Shown here: piece after piece, positions 33,547-47,607 of the stretch | Position numbering within the stretch: the first letter of the stretch is position 1 | Layout: the number at the start of each line of letters is the position of its first letter | Source: an uncultured Methanosarcinaceae archaeon | GTDB taxonomy: Archaea > Halobacteriota > Methanosarcinia > Methanosarcinales > Methanosarcinaceae | Direction: 5' to 3' | Length of the DNA: 64,000 nt | NCBI GenBank assembly: GCA_963733675.1 | Contig: CAVTET010000003.1 | Span: forward strand, 480,001-544,000 | The notes under the pieces: generated by a model | The model's database searches: none | Seen by the model: the letters and a program-made list of their open reading frames with translations, nothing else | What the model was told of the DNA's origin: nothing | Translations under genes and position numbers: made by a program

Positions 33547-33773
33547 AAGCTTTGCGAGCGGGGAAAGGAAGTCTAGAATTGTAGAAAAGTGTGAACTAAA
33601 ATCTCATTATTACTGCTAGCAAAAATTGTATGAACTTTTGATCTTCTGACTCTTGTATAATTGACACAATATCCCATATTAGGAGAGAGTATTTGTCAGT
33701 TTTTGGTTCCTATTTCTCATAAATCACAGGTTTATCAGGTTTTTTCCAATTCCTTTTTTATATATGTTATTTT

Positions 33774-33998
33774 GGTTCCGTTGCAAAAAATCCTTTCTAA
33801 TGATACAATAGAATAAAAAGGGTTCCGTTGCAAAAAATCCAAAAAAATATGTAAATCTATAAGTAATGAATAAAAATCAAAATATCCAAGAAAAATGTAC
33901 TAACATTATAAAACTATACCAAACAATTGATTAATGTATTTGACTTCATCAAAACCAAAGTAATTTAAATCATTTACTTGTTCTTTTTTGATCATATT
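33774..33998. mobile_element. Fused IS6 remnants: 47-bp left end joined to a 178-bp right end in reverse orientation
   Basis: GGTTCCGTTGC at 33774 and again at 33821; the second part matches the 5637 end of copy A. Confidence 0.88.
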
Positions 33999-34189
33999 CG
34001 AGTTATTATAGCCACAATATTTGTTATCTTCCTATTCATCTATTCATTTCTGATGAAAAATATCAAAACTTAGAAAAATATAGCATAAATTAGATAAAGG
34101 CCAATACTTTGAAAGGCAGCGAACTTAGGATATATCTAACAGAAGATCACCGATATGTGCAGCTCACTTACAAAAAAATTAACAATAAT

Positions 34190-34490
34190 ATCTTTACTAC
34201 TTTACTCTCCTTATTTTCTGTCGTAGGATGAGAGCTGAGAGAAAGACTAAAAGAAATCAGTGGAACTATACCAGACCAAATAAAGAAACAAACTCAAAAG
34301 TAAAACGTTGAAATTGGTATTACTTTTGATGACGGGGACTGCATGAGTCAAAATGGAAGTTGACTCAAAAAATGTAATTCAAATTATAAGCTTAAAATGA
34401 AATTTTTAAAAAGAGAATAATTTTGAAGGGAATTACTCATGAAAAATACGATTTTTGAGAAGATATCCGTGAAATGTCGGAGAAATAACT
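34190..34490 (+). pseudogene. IS1634-like transposase C-terminal remnant
   Basis: LRERLKEISGTIPDQIKKQTQK*TLK resembles the IS1634 tail motif. Confidence 0.5.
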
Positions 34491-34579
34491 GAATTTGTAT
34501 TTAAATCGAAAATTATTTCGAAACATATATAAACTTCGATTTAAATCTAATACTAAATAATTTAGAAGAGAGACTAAAC

Positions 34580-35650
34580 ATGAAAACAGCCATCTTCCAT
34601 GATTATTTCGGAGCTATTGGCGGTGGAGAAAAAGTTGCAATCACTCTAGCTAAATTATTGAACGCTGATATTATTACTACAGATATGGATGCTGTTAATA
34701 AACTGGACACTGAAGTAGATGTTAAATCTCTTGGACATACACCGAAAATCCCCCCACTAAAACAGATATTTGCAACAAAAAAATTTTATTCTTCTGATTT
34801 TTCAAATGATTATGATTTTTTCATCTTTTCAGGAAACTGGAGCCATTATGCAACCCATAATCACCATCCTAATATGTGGTACTGCCACACGCCTGTAAGG
34901 GCATTTTATGACCTATACGATACTTTCTTACATAGACAAGATATTATAACCCGGCAGGCTTTTCGTTTGTGGGTTCATGGACATAGATGGATGGATCTAC
35001 AATCGGTGAAAAATATAGACCAACTTGTCACTAATTCAAGAAATACTCAGAAAAGAATTGAGAAATACTATCACAGAACTGCTGACATAATTTATCCTCC
35101 AGTTGATGTTTCAAAGTTTAAATATAAGGAGTACGGGGATTTTTGGCTCTCGGTAAATAGGCTTTACCCTGAAAAAAGAATCGAATTGCAAATAAATTCA
35201 TTTAGTGAAATGCCTGATGAAAAACTTCTCATCGTAGGTGGTTATGCAGAAGGCGATCACGCTGTAAAGTATGCAAAAAATATAATCAATGGGCTACCTC
35301 AAAACGTAAACATACTTGGAGAAATTTCCGAACATGAATTAATTGACCTTTACTCCAGATGCAAAGGCTTAATCTGTACAGCACTTGACGAAGACTTTGG
35401 TCTAACTCCTGTGGAAGCAATGGCAAGTGGAAAGGCTGTTGTCGCTGTGAACGAAGGTGGATTTAGGGAGACAGTCACAGAAAAAACGGGTCTTCTGATA
35501 AATGCAGATATCCATAGCATTATAGAAGCTGTCAAATTCATATCAAATAAGCCAGAAAGTTATAGAAAAGCCTGTCTTGAGCAGGCAAAACGATTTGATA
35601 TTTCGATTTTCAGCAAAAATATAAAAAATGTTATAAATAATGATTTTTAA
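34580..35650 (+). CDS. Glycosyltransferase family 4
   Basis: GGGEKV, YCHTP.R, IYPPVD, RLYPEKR and [14 protein letters not shown]. Confidence 0.93.
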   Translation: MKTAIFHDYFGAIGGGEKVAITLAKLLNADIITTDMDAVNKLDTEVDVKSLGHTPKIPPLKQIFATKKFYSSDFSNDYDFFIFSGNWSHYATHNHHPNMWYCHTPVRAFYDLYDTFLHRQDIITRQAFRLWVHGHRWMDLQSVKNIDQLVTNSRNTQKRIEKYYHRTADIIYPPVDVSKFKYKEYGDFWLSVNRLYPEKRIELQINSFSEMPDEKLLIVGGYAEGDHAVKYAKNIINGLPQNVNILGEISEHELIDLYSRCKGLICTALDEDFGLTPVEAMASGKAVVAVNEGGFRETVTEKTGLLINADIHSIIEAVKFISNKPESYRKACLEQAKRFDISIFSKNIKNVINNDF

Positions 35651-36270
35651 GCACCTGCAAGAGCTATATAGCTATAGAAATCTCATCTGACAATTTTCAT
35701 TGAGTGAAATTAAATTGATATATAAAAACTCTATACTGGGTTATTTCTGGTGTTTTCAATAGTAAAAAAGCAGCTACATTAAGAAAATTTACTTCCCACG
35801 GGACATTTTTGTTATTTCTTCATGCATTGCAGCTCTGCTTATGAGTATCTTTGGGTCTGTGGTATTTATAATGTTTATGGTATTTTATAGGACATCAAGT
35901 TCCATCAACTTGGTATATGCACCGCTTTTCCTGTTCTTCTTGTGAATCATTTCACTTTGCCACTCTCTAGCGCTTTCGGCATTGAATGTATTTTACAGGG
36001 ATGTCCAGTTTACTGACAGGTATTTTTGCAGATTGGATTTTATTTAACTCCTATTAATCGATACCACCTACATATTTAGTAAAAATTTTCAGAGATTAAT
36101 CTTATTGAATCCAATTGCACGGATTATTATTTCTGCAAGGAATACTATTCTTTATTCTTCTCCAGCTAAAATTGAGGTTTTTTTATTTATGCTTCTATCA
36201 TCGATAGTCTTCCTTCTTATCGGATATATTATTTTTTTAGATTAGAATCCATATTGTGGAGGAGATCACA
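35640..36270 (+). pseudogene. ABC-2 (Wzm-like) polysaccharide export permease, decayed
   Basis: ELYSYRNLI*QFSLSEIKL.YKNSILGYFW; later ALNVFYRDVQ and LNP; TGA at 35688; frameshifts. Confidence 0.75.
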
Positions 36271-36628
36271 AAATACATTCATTCATGGGCTGATGACCCT
36301 TCGCCTTCTCTTAATAAAAATCAAAAATTTGTAAATAAGTTAATTGTGTATTCTAGAAAATAGTTTAGATAGGAAATCATGTATGTCATTAGGAGTGATT
36401 TCATATACTCTTCTTTTTGTTTGCGTTTTGGTTGTAAAAACAAGATTAAGAAAATAAATTCCTATTGAACTACGGAAATTATTATTTTAAGTTGAGTTCA
36501 TTTGTAGAATCCGAATTCGTCCTAATATTTGCTGGTCATCCACAGAAAGTTAAAGCAAAGAGTTTTTGATGACCTGAAAACAGTACAAAATTAATTAATG
36601 AGGAACTAAATATTAACTGAGATTTCCA

Positions 36629-37571
36629 ATGCCTACAAAAAATAATATATTTGCGACGGATGGAGACGGTTTTATAGGGAGCCACTTGGTTGATCGTCTT
36701 ATAGAAGAAGAAAACAAGATTACTATTTTTGATAATCTGAGTTCAGGAAAAATTGGATTTATAGAGAAACATCTTGAAAACACTGATTTCACATTGATAA
36801 AAGGCGACCTTCTTGACCATGAAGTGGTAGAAAGAGCTTGCAGAGATATTGACCTAGTTTGTCATGTGGCCGCGAATCTGTATGTCAGGCTTGGGGCTTC
36901 AGATACTAAAATCCATTTCGATCAGAACATTTTGGCAACCTACAATCTTCTGGAAGCTATGCGGAAAAACAACGTTAAAAAAGTTGTATTTACTTCCATC
37001 TCTACAATTTATGGGCGGCACAGATAATGCCAACTCCAGAGAATTATGGTCATCTGATCCCTATATCCATTATACGGCGCTTCCAAACTTGCCTGTGAAG
37101 CTCTTGTTACCTCATACTCTCATACTTTTGATATGCAAGCGTGGATCTTCCGTTTTGCAAACATTGTCGGCCCCCATAGCACTCATGGGATTATTGTTGA
37201 TTTTATCCGAAAACTACGGGAAAATCCTACGCAGCTGGAAATTTTGGGCGATGGTCACAGGAAAAGTCCTATTTGCATGTATCAGAATGCATCAATTCGA
37301 TATTGTTTGCAATAGAAAAAAGCAGAGAAGATGTGAATATTTTCAATATTGGATCAGAGGATATTATCAGTTCTACCGGAATAGGGAGAGTGATTGTGGA
37401 AGAAATGGAACTTTTTGATATTAAGTTTCTCTACACTGGAGGAAGTAGGGGCTGGAAAGGAGACGTACCAAAGAGGAGATTAGACATCGAAAAACTCAAG
37501 GCCATTGGATGGAAGCCTGTCTATACCTCAGAAAAAGCGTGAGGGAAACTTCGAGAGCATTACTTACCTGA
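36629..37571 (+). pseudogene. NAD-dependent epimerase/dehydratase, multiply frameshifted
   Basis: GFIGSHLVD, YGASK, FRFANIVG and RGWKGDV split over several frames. Confidence 0.9.
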
Positions 37572-39475
37572 TATAGGTTCATGTGACCCTTTAATTTCTC
37601 TAGTTATTGATTTTCGGAATAAGTCTTAATCTTTTCCCCCTGTTTTGTATGACGTTATTATTTTTTTATATTCCTGGACTACATATATACGGAGACCCGT
37701 CAAAAATGTCACAGCCCATTAATTATATCAGCTATATAGATTTTTTCGATACATATTCCATCTTTGATGTATCGATCTGCAGACTCTAAATATGATCGAT
37801 GAAACTTGCATTTTCTGAAGTAGGAATCTTTTTCATGTAATTATTGAGCGCTTCTCTTGTGAGTTAAGTACTTTCTCATTATATTTCAGTAAAGATTCTT
37901 AGAATAACCTTTTTAGCCTTTTTTCATAGCTTGTAAGTGATGTAAAATCATGGAATTTATTAACCTTAACAATATAGTTATATCCGTTTCTTTAAGCATC
38001 CCTTCTTGTTCCTTTGTTTTGATGCATAATCTAACTATTAGTTTCCATCAGGTCGTTTTTCTTTACCTTCTTGATCTTGTCTTCTGTATCTCTGGACCTA
38101 TCAAGGTTAATTTAGCGTTTACTATAATTAATGGGTGCTCTACAGTTTAAAATATTTTATTTAGTATGTAGTATAAAAAAGTTTAATAATTAGAACATCT
38201 GATTTTTATAAAGACAATCGCTACAAAACTTGAATGATCCAAAATTTGTGATCTAGAAAATCATAAACTCTATTTTTTGAGGGAGAAAAGATCTAAGATG
38301 ATATTAAATCTCAAGAATTCGAGATGAAATAATGAAACATCAAAATAAGAGGGTGACAATTTATCCAACTATTTTGATATATTATGCTCCACTTTTACAA
38401 TGGATGCCCTGGATAAAGAAAGGATAAATAGGCAATAATAAAATCTCTCAAGCAAACTATCTGAAAACATACGCAATAAACCTTTTAAATTCCTGGGTTG
38501 GGAACTCTATTTTTACACGGAACTCTCCCTTCAGGGGGAATTACAACCTATCAGAAATTAAAGTGTTAAGTTTACTGTGAAACTTGGTTATGAAATAAAC
38601 GAAAGTGAAATATGAATTATTGAAAAGTAGTACAGATGCTGAAAAATAATCTCATTTGCTTTAGGATCAACCAAAATGATGAGTCTACACTCTCAAATTA
38701 CAGAATCCTCCTTAAATAAATGTGACACAGGAAGAAGCTGAAAAACAATATTTTTTTGCTTTAGAAGCCGACCAAAATGACACAAGGAAGGGCTGAAAAA
38801 CAATATCAGCTTTCAATTGGATTATATCCTAAAACCCCTAATTCCATGGTGATTACGGTTTAAGTCCACTTTTGGAGAAAACACGATGAAGGCATTACGA
38901 AAACCTTGGTATTTATCATTAATAATATATTTAATTTGGGAAATTTATATAAATAGAGTGAAATATTTCCCGTTTATAGCTCATCATAGACCACTTTATC
39001 AATTTGAGTACAAATCCATCTAATTTAGAAGGTTGTTGCAATTATCTTTTTTTCCTTAGGTATTAGCTGTTTTAGATGGTGACCTCAAGTAAGGTGGGAA
39101 GGCCTATATAATAAATGAGCTGGGGTCCTTTTAGGATTGAGATTACAAGATTTGCATTTTTGTGACTATCTTGTTTTGTCTCGTTCAGATACTGTATGCT
39201 TTATTTACAGGTCTACCATCAACCAGGGTTCTTATGAATGTGGTCACTAATACCTTGATAGTAGGATCACCCAAGCTAATGAGAAGAAGAAAATTAAATT
39301 CTGACTTCCTAAACCACTTTGAACTAGGGCCATGTAATGACAGCTGATTTGGGTTCGCACACAATAAAGGTATAAGCTTTTAGCTGGTAATTTACGAAAA
39401 ACAAGCATTATTAATGATCAAGGCTATTCTGTATACTTGTGAGATAGTTGTACTATAAACGAAGCCTCTGAGTCT

Positions 39476-40015
39476 CTAGCTTAGGGGGTAGTTCACTTCA
39501 TGTATCATTTCAAGATAAGACTTCCGGATAGAATCCTTTTCCTCGAAGCCAAATTGTTTCAGGAATTCGAATAATTTCTGCCTTGAAATCTCTATATATT
39601 TTTCGTTTTTAGTGATGATTTCGACTTCCAGAAATTGTCCTAAATTATCAACTGCATCAAGGCAGACAATTATCTCTCCGACCTTGAAGACTTCTCTTAT
39701 TTTGCTTACTATCCCAGCTTCCGAGAATCCAAGGGCATTAAATACTCTTTTGGCAGTGACTCCATCAACAGGAGTTTCGAGTTCTTCCCTGGTTTTGGAG
39801 ACGCCATCAAGTTTAGGGCCTTTGTACGTCAGCACAGCTTGCCCTTCCAGGGAACGAATCCTGAGAACTTCGTCGGTTTTTGTAAAATCCCTGTGAGGAG
39901 CTGCAAAATAAATATCTGATTGATCTTCAACCTTTACTCTTATTGCCCCGATTTTCTTAAGGATAGGAAGGGCTTTGTCATGATCCACTTTGACCTTAAC
40001 TTCCACTTCAATCAT
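39476..40015 (-). CDS. cyaB: Class IV adenylate cyclase / CYTH domain protein
   Basis: EVEVK, D.YF, LRIR, LTYKGPK, LEVE and SYLE motifs. Confidence 0.92.
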   Translation of the reverse strand: MIEVEVKVKVDHDKALPILKKIGAIRVKVEDQSDIYFAAPHRDFTKTDEVLRIRSLEGQAVLTYKGPKLDGVSKTREELETPVDGVTAKRVFNALGFSEAGIVSKIREVFKVGEIIVCLDAVDNLGQFLEVEIITKNEKYIEISRQKLFEFLKQFGFEEKDSIRKSYLEMIHEVNYPLS

Positions 40016-40106
40016 AGTTTTCGATATCTCCAGTTATATCCAATTAAAGCCAGAAAAACCTCATTTAATAAATATGCTAAATAGTATTCAAAAAATTTGG
40101 ATCTTT

Positions 40107-40505
40107 TCATGTTTCTGCAGGAACAAATTTGGTGCCGTAATATATCATGCCACGTTCGCCACCTTCACCAAGTTTGCGAAAAACGGATTTAACCCGCATT
40201 CCTATATACATTTTTTCAGGATCTCCTACAATCTGTGCTGTCATTCTGGATCCTTCATCCAGCTTGATTATCGCAAGGGTGTAGGGGGCCTGGCTCTCAA
40301 AACCCTCTGCAGCTGTGCGAATTAGTGTGTAGGTCACTATTTCGCCTGTGCCTTTAAACTTGTAGTGTTCAATCTGACCCGACCGTCTGCAGTTCACGCA
40401 AAAATTGCGTGGCGGATAAAAATAATTTCCACATTCTTTACAGTGAGTACCTTCAAGATTATACCTACTGGCAAGATTTCTCCAGAATCTTGGAACAGAA
40501 GACAT
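40107..40505 (-). CDS. DUF35 Zn-ribbon/OB-fold scaffold protein
   Basis: CKECG..YPPR.FC..C and IYYGTKF; directly after the thiolase. Confidence 0.93.
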   Translation of the reverse strand: MSSVPRFWRNLASRYNLEGTHCKECGNYFYPPRNFCVNCRRSGQIEHYKFKGTGEIVTYTLIRTAAEGFESQAPYTLAIIKLDEGSRMTAQIVGDPEKMYIGMRVKSVFRKLGEGGERGMIYYGTKFVPAET

Positions 40506-40511
40506 CGGATA

Positions 40512-41684
40512 TCACCTCTCCCTCGAGAAAATGTGTACTACTGCTGTTGCTCCTGACCCTCCTACGTTGTGGGTCATTCCATACTCTGCACCTTCTACCT
40601 GGCGTTTGCCTGCTTCCCCACGTAATTGGGTTACGACTTCGACTGCCTGTTTTACACCTGTTGCTCCTACAGGATGTCCACAGGCTTTGAGCCCACCAGA
40701 AGTGTTGACCGGAATCCGACCTCCGATCACAGTTTCTTCATTTGCAGTGACAATTCCTCCTTTTCCTTTTTCTGCGAAGCCGAGATCTTCGATAGCGCAG
40801 ATCTCGGCAATTGTAAAGCAATCGTGTACTTCCACAAGGTCAATGTCTTCAGGCCTTAATTTTGCCATGGAATATGCCCTCTTTGCGGCTATTACGGTTG
40901 AATCAAGAGTTGTAATATCCATTCTGTCATGAAGTGCAATAGTGTCACTTGCCTGGGCTGTCGCCTTGATATAAATGGGAGTGTCGGTATATTTTAAGGC
41001 AAGCTCAGCAGGAGCTAGAACGAGAGCTGAAGCCCCATCTGTAATTGGAGAGCAGTCTAAAATATGCAATGGGTCAGCTACCATTATGGAATTCAATACA
41101 TCGTCGACAGTAATTATGTTTTTATACTGAGCAATGGGATTAAAATGGCCGTTCTTATGATTTTTGACGGCAACCTCTGCAAGTTGTTCGCTAGTAGTTC
41201 CATATCTGTGCATGTGCAGCTTTGCAATCATTGCATAAAGACCAGGAAAAGTTGCCCCTGCCATACCTTCCCATTCCCGATCAGCTGCTGATGCAAGAGC
41301 TGAAGATGCTTCCTCAGATCCGACATCAGTCATCTTTTCTGCCCCTGCTGCAACAACTATGTCACTATAACCAGACGCTATAGACATTATAGCCTGACGT
41401 AGGGCAAGTCCACCAGATGCACAGGCAGCTTCCACTCTGGTAGCTGGAATATGGAGGTTCTTAGAAAGTCCGGAATAATCTGCAATAAGGGCTCCTATGT
41501 GTTCCTGGTCAACAAAACGACCTCCACTCATGTTTCCTACATATAGAGCGTCGATTTCTTTTCCACTAGCACCTGCATCTTCGATCGCCCCGATACCAGC
41601 TTCTACAACTATGTCCCTCAGGGATTGGTCCCAAAGCTCCCCAAAAGTTGTATTTTTTACTCCAATTATTGCAACGTCTCTCAT
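40512..41684 (-). CDS. Acetyl-CoA acetyltransferase (archaeal thiolase)
   Basis: [21 protein letters not shown] and HNVGG. Confidence 0.96.
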   Translation of the reverse strand: MRDVAIIGVKNTTFGELWDQSLRDIVVEAGIGAIEDAGASGKEIDALYVGNMSGGRFVDQEHIGALIADYSGLSKNLHIPATRVEAACASGGLALRQAIMSIASGYSDIVVAAGAEKMTDVGSEEASSALASAADREWEGMAGATFPGLYAMIAKLHMHRYGTTSEQLAEVAVKNHKNGHFNPIAQYKNIITVDDVLNSIMVADPLHILDCSPITDGASALVLAPAELALKYTDTPIYIKATAQASDTIALHDRMDITTLDSTVIAAKRAYSMAKLRPEDIDLVEVHDCFTIAEICAIEDLGFAEKGKGGIVTANEETVIGGRIPVNTSGGLKACGHPVGATGVKQAVEVVTQLRGEAGKRQVEGAEYGMTHNVGGSGATAVVHIFSRER

Positions 41685-41699
41685 CCTCCCCCTCCGTTT

Positions 41700-42749
41700 T
41701 CAACCAAGGCGAATCTTTCCTTTATGCTTAGCATATCTTGCATAGTCGATATATATCGGATTCTTAATTAATTCGGAAACTTTTGGGGCTCTGTTTCGGA
41801 TTTCCTTTATTTTGTCTGTAACTGTTATGCTAAAAGCGTCGGCTCCAGCTCCAGAACCAAAAGCAGTTGCAAAAATCCGATCCCCTGGCTTTGCTTCATC
41901 AAGAGTTGCAGCGATTCCCATAAGGCAGGACCCAGAGTAGGTGTTTCCGATCTTTGGAACCACAAACCCAGGTGCAATCTGGGGTGTGGTGAAACCAAGC
42001 ATTTTTGCAACTTTACTCGGAAATTTTCCGTTTGGCTGGTGAAAAACTGCATAATCATAATCTTCTGGCTTTGTTCTGAGTTTTTTTAGAAGGCCTTTTG
42101 CGCAGTTAATCACATGCTTGAAGTAACCTGGCTCCCCAGTAAATCGGCCTCCATGCTCAGGATAGGGCATTCCTTCCCGTCGCCAGAAGTCAGGGGTATC
42201 AGTTGTATAGGAATAAGTAGCCTCAATGATTGCGGCAAGCTCATCTTCTTTTCTCCCAATGATACAAGCAACCCCACCAGCAGCTGCAGTGTACTCAAGG
42301 GCATCACTTGGGGCCCCCTGGGAAACATCTGCTCCGATGGCCATACCCAAATCTATCATCTGTGAACCTACTAATCCCATACAAGCCTGAACCGCAGCTG
42401 TTCCTGCCTTGCAAGCAAACTCAAAATCTGCTGCAGTCATTTCTGGGGTTGCTCCAATGGCCTGAGCAACAATGGTACTTGTTGGTTTCACAGCATATGG
42501 ATGACTTTCCGAGCCCGTATATACCGCCCCAATTCTATCGGGGTTGATCTCGCTTCTTGCCATTGCGGATCTTGCAGCTTCCACGGCTATGGTTGCGGTG
42601 TCTTCATCGACATCAGGCACTGACTTTTCATAGACCATGAGGCCGTTTTTAAGAGCTTCTGCATCATCGCCCCAGAGCCGGGCTATTTCCTCTAGCTTTA
42701 TACGGTATCTTGGAATATAAGCACCATAAGATACGATTCCAATAGTCAT
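41700..42749 (-). CDS. Hydroxymethylglutaryl-CoA synthase
   Basis: [30 protein letters not shown] and AFGSGAG; ATG at 42749 preferred. Confidence 0.96.
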   Translation of the reverse strand: MTIGIVSYGAYIPRYRIKLEEIARLWGDDAEALKNGLMVYEKSVPDVDEDTATIAVEAARSAMARSEINPDRIGAVYTGSESHPYAVKPTSTIVAQAIGATPEMTAADFEFACKAGTAAVQACMGLVGSQMIDLGMAIGADVSQGAPSDALEYTAAAGGVACIIGRKEDELAAIIEATYSYTTDTPDFWRREGMPYPEHGGRFTGEPGYFKHVINCAKGLLKKLRTKPEDYDYAVFHQPNGKFPSKVAKMLGFTTPQIAPGFVVPKIGNTYSGSCLMGIAATLDEAKPGDRIFATAFGSGAGADAFSITVTDKIKEIRNRAPKVSELIKNPIYIDYARYAKHKGKIRLG

Positions 42750-42796
42750 GTTTTCACCTGTTTTTGATTGCTTCAGGGCATCAGTTCCCAGTCTCT

Positions 42797-43537
42797 TCAT
42801 TCCCCTGCATAGTATTGACTGTACTTTTTCAGAAGCTGGACGGTTTGATCGATACTCATTGTAGTTGCGACCAAGGGTATGCGGTCAACTTCTGCCATTT
42901 TTACTGCCCCAGGTTCAACCTCTTCTTTCCGAAGTCCATGTAGTACTACTGCTCCGGGTTTGAGATTTGTAACTCGAATGGCTACCATGGGAGATTTCCC
43001 AGTGCTAACTTTCGTAAATATCATGGCTCTGTCCGTACTCCAGCCATAAAGCTTCTGGAATTCATGGGAAGAGAGCTCCAGGATGGCTCTCTGGCTGTCA
43101 ATGACAGAGAAACCATAAAGAGGTTTTTCAATTCCTTTAAAGATAACTTCTCCTTCTATTAGGTTGACCAGTTTAGCAAGCTGTATCGGAAAAGTATACT
43201 CGTATGTTGAGTAGATGGATTTTGTACTATTTTCAGAGCTAAGTATTGACTCGTAAGCGTGAATTTTCTTGCTTCCCCTATCTATATCAATTTCAAGAAG
43301 AGATTCCACAATTTTCTTGATTATCAGCGTTCCTGGCGATTTTCTCCTTCCACTTTCATAATCGCTGATAACAGAAGGTGATACCTTAAGGTAATTTGCA
43401 ATATCTGTCTGGGATATCTCGAAATTTGACCTCCATTTTTTCAGTGACTCTCCAGGTTTTTCTGAAAGAGTAATATCTCCAGCCATTTTTTCCGCTAGGC
43501 GATTGCGCAAATTTTCTGAGGATTCATTGGGTGCCAT
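42797..43537 (-). CDS. Conserved archaeal XRE-type HTH regulator
   Basis: [25 protein letters not shown] and [10 protein letters not shown]. Confidence 0.9.
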   Translation of the reverse strand: MAPNESSENLRNRLAEKMAGDITLSEKPGESLKKWRSNFEISQTDIANYLKVSPSVISDYESGRRKSPGTLIIKKIVESLLEIDIDRGSKKIHAYESILSSENSTKSIYSTYEYTFPIQLAKLVNLIEGEVIFKGIEKPLYGFSVIDSQRAILELSSHEFQKLYGWSTDRAMIFTKVSTGKSPMVAIRVTNLKPGAVVLHGLRKEEVEPGAVKMAEVDRIPLVATTMSIDQTVQLLKKYSQYYAGE

Positions 43538-44390
43538 GACTTATGTATTCTAAGAGGAAACATTACCATATATATCTAACGAATATAGATTCGTCAATTG
43601 TCGCAGAGCAATATCAATATATTCATATAGTAATGTTCTTCAAAAAAGTGTCATATTTGCAAATAAATTAATATAGTACTTTTAGCTAATTAGTACAATC
43701 ATAAAATTACAGAAAATACATAAAAAGGAGTATTAGGACATTTTTTACTTATTATTGGTTTTGACTTTGAATAGCTTGCAAATTTAATAGGATTTGAGCT
43801 TTTCATTACCAAACATCTTGATTTATTTTAACCATGCAAAATTACTTCCATAATGGACGACGAATAGGTAATTAGGGATAGTATGTTTTTGAACTTTAGC
43901 TATATGTTCGTTCTTATAGCACCAAGGTTCACTTTTTGATGTATAATCTACATATTATTTTCCTAAAACCATAAATCTTTAATTATTTGTCACTTTTTTA
44001 ATTTGGAATCAGATATTTTAAATTTCTTTTCAAGGAATCAACTTAATTCTGTGTATATCAAATGCGAGGATAACTATCATCTATTGATATTGGCTCTGAA
44101 AGTATTTTCCTTAACTCAGAAAGTCTTTCGTCTGTTGAATGAAATTTTACACATGACCGGGTTTATATTTAAGGAGAATTTTTTTTCAAGACGAATTATT
44201 TGACGATAACTGCTGTCTGTTGATTGAACAATCGTCTACAATTTTAGCTGGGCTTAAATCATTTGTTGACCAATAATAAAGCTTGAAGTCTCTCATCTGG
44301 TTTTTGCTGTATGAACTAATAGTTGCTTTAGCATTATAATCCATAATATATTATACAAACTCAGAATCAATTTAATCGTACCTATCTTAG

Positions 44391-44481
44391 AGAGGATTTC
44401 GATAAACCTCTAAATTTTGTCATATGGTTACAAATTATATCTAAATTGGTCGTAAAAATTAGAGGAATCTCTAAATCTTCT
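44391..44481 (+). repeat. Family M MITE-like copy
   Basis: agaggatttcgataaacctctaaatttt...aaaaattagagg. Confidence 0.7.
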
Positions 44482-45095
44482 AAAGATAAAGAATATCGCA
44501 TTATATTTAGAAAATGTTATATTTAGTTTGTTATAATTGGCCAAGAAAAGTATATTTTGGCACCAAATTTTTAAATTATATTTTTAAGTTTTTGTGTCAA
44601 GGCTTGAACGAATTGTTTTGAAATAAACCTCCCTTGCCCACTCTAAAGTTATAAATAAGTGTTCGTTAAACGCCGATAACCCTCGCAAAGAGCTTGAAGC
44701 TTCTTTTCACCAGAAATACATGATCTACAATTTCGGTTCTTCCGAAGAACTTAAATGGTTGAGAGGAAGATTTGAGAGAACTTAATATTGTTGAAAGGGA
44801 GATTTTCGATGAATTTGAGGCTTTCCACAGATTTGCACAAGAACACTATTCATTTTCTAAATATGAAAGTATAATCAAAATTAAATTGACTTTCAATAAA
44901 GCAATAGTGAACAAATAGGTAAACAAATTCTACATATGGGGGCATCTGCGGGATATAATACATAGTTGCAGTTATATATTACTCAAAATATGATGTAGAT
45001 GCAAGAATATATTTCATTAATCCTTTCCTGAAGGATGTTAAGGATAAAGAGACTTCATTTAGGGAAATCATCAGGGATGTTCAAGCGTGGTAAGT

Positions 45096-45425
45096 ATGGC
45101 AAAGTACGGTAAAATGTTGCTGAGCGCATATTTTATGAAGAAAATTATTTCATGTAAATCTAAAAAGGGGCGAGGATTGAGAAGTAAATACGTTAAGCTA
45201 TTTCTGTTGGGATATATCCTCAAAAAACTCAGCTTTAAGACTATCAAGTCAATGGAACATTCTAATAAAATTGAAACAAAAAATATAAAATTAAATAAAC
45301 CCATGAAAAGGTCTGAAATGAAGAAATTTGCCAAAATAATCTTGGGATTACTTCTCGGAGCTATAGCCATATATGCCTTTAGAAAACATTATACTGGAAA
45401 AGCAGGAAAGAAAATAGGTGTGTAA
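45096..45425 (+). CDS. Small Lys-rich hypothetical protein with a C-terminal TM segment
   Basis: Internally repeated KY.K.(M/F)L..Y.(M/L)KK motif. Confidence 0.55.
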   Translation: MAKYGKMLLSAYFMKKIISCKSKKGRGLRSKYVKLFLLGYILKKLSFKTIKSMEHSNKIETKNIKLNKPMKRSEMKKFAKIILGLLLGAIAIYAFRKHYTGKAGKKIGV

Positions 45426-47607
45426 TGAAGCTAAAGAGGTTTAAAAATGTATAAAAAAGGAGATGTATGTGCACTACGCTAATATCGTGACCATCTAAAT
45501 TATTCTACATATTACTTGGATAGCTTCTCATAAGTTTGCGTCTCGTAGATTTTCAATTTAACTCTCATAGTGATAATTTATTTATCCCCATTATGCAACA
45601 ACTTCATGATTTAGAGACTCCAGATTACTGATAAGTTTGTCAGTAAATTCAATATCCATTACATGATCTCTATTTCGTCGTAATTAAACCAACGTGCATT
45701 TTTAGTCTCCACGTCCACAGGTTCTGTAATCATGGTCACAGGGTTTCTTGCCTATGATGTTTATCAACATTAAAATCATAGATGCTGAAATTAAGGCTAA
45801 GTTATACAACTTATGTTCACTTATTATTTTTTACTCTAACTGTAATGATCAGTTTTCAAGCTAGAGTTTAAGGAGTCATTGAAGTCATGAAGAGAAATAT
45901 TTAAAGAATATTTATTTAGATATTCTTGAGTGCTTTTTCCGTTTTCATGCTTGATATTTATTTGTGGAATTCATCTTTCCTTCAATTCTATTATTGCATA
46001 TATATATCATTTTCACTATAAGCACAAATTTTACATTTATGGCGTTTAACTTTTATAGTGGGTTTCGAGAAACTCCAACGCCAAAAACTGCTTATATTAA
46101 CCCTACAAGAAATTTGTTGTCATTGGAATTTCTCAAAATTTTCTATCGATTTTGTACTTCAAGAGCAGAAGCACGAATTAGATTTTATTAACCAATTACC
46201 AGTCCATGCCGATTGTTTAAGGCTGTTAAAAGGATGTGCTGAGTCGAAAATGTAATGTTGTCTCACCCAACTGTATTCATGAACAGTACTTGGAAGTTGG
46301 CAGATGTAATGAACAATATATAATGCACCAGGTAGCATATTTTGTGCAGTAGTAGTCCATGCTGCATTGTTATAACTATTTATTGTTTGATAAGTCAAAG
46401 TAGTACTATTGTTAGCAACAGTGAAAATGGGATTAACATTAGACCGATTAAGTAAGATGTCGTTTGCTATCACCTGAGAAGGTCCAGAACTGTAGTGTCA
46501 ATTCATATAGCTATAGTTGATATATTTGTAAGCTTGGCGGGAGCTTGGGCAGACATTGAGTAAAAGGGCCCAGTACCTAGCCGCTTACATTGCTAATTGT
46601 GGCGTCTAAGTCTCCAGCTAAGCTGCCTTTATTTGTGAGATTATTAAACGTTTTACAGTCTGTCCCACAGACATACCGCCTATGGGAATCTAGTTTGTAG
46701 AAGGAGAGTTATTTCCTAATAGACTAATTGTTCGTGCATTGATATTGCTAGTAACAAGTGTTTCTTGATCCTGAAAGCCTTCTGCAACTGCCACTGCTAT
46801 GCTGTTTAATTAAATATTGAATCCTACCAGGGTTACCAGAATGAATAAAAAATGAATAAAATGTTCAAAAAAATTATTTCGGAACCGCTAAAATTATAAA
46901 AATCTATAAGTTTAAGGTTAAATTTTTGTATACTAGGTTTAATTCATTTCTTCTAAGGTTGATTTCCTTCTATTAATACTTAATATTTGTGATTTTACAA
47001 AGAAGTTGGCACGCTAGATAAATAATGTCCAATCTAAAATTGTTTTTATGTTAACTGAAAAAATTTAGCAATTTCTTTTTTAGAGAACTATTTCTAAGCG
47101 TCTCAATGCTTAAGTTATTCTGTAAATCTTTACACTTTTGTATCTCTGTTCAGAAGCCAAAAGCTGTTGATCTTTCCCGGATTAAAGTGTCACTTGATAC
47201 AATTTTTCTTTTTGTTTAATTTATATCTATTATAAGTTTTTAGCCATATTAATCTTTATAAAATATAAAAAGTTGGTATTAAAAAATAACTTTATATGTG
47301 ATCAAAACAAAATAAGATTAGTTACAATGTTATTTTAAGATTACAGTGCAATGTATTTCAAAAAAATGAAAAAATATCGAAGTCACTATTCTGGGGGTTA
47401 CTGTAAGTAGTAAGCTCTAGAATTTCTCAAAATTATACCCAAAAAAAGTGACGCGCCATTTTTAGTTCTTGATCAATAGCTATAGAAGTTTACTTAAAAA
47501 TCAAGAAGTAAACGTTGGGTTTTAGGGCGAGATCATTTTTAAAATATGGTGTAAGTATAGAATAGAGTTAATGGGGTGTTATTAAATAAATTAAGAAGGA
47601 GATATAT

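Noticed and set aside
38300-38900. TPR-like remnant (EEAEKQY..ALEAD)
   Set aside because: Too decayed to define boundaries or product
39476-43537. HTH, HMG-CoA synthase, thiolase, DUF35 and cyaB cluster as a novel system
   Set aside because: Well-known conserved archaeal mevalonate-entry cluster
43990-44345. Possible FRG-domain remnant on the minus strand (ELRKILFRANIN)
   Set aside because: Fragmentary; the family assignment cannot be supported by eye
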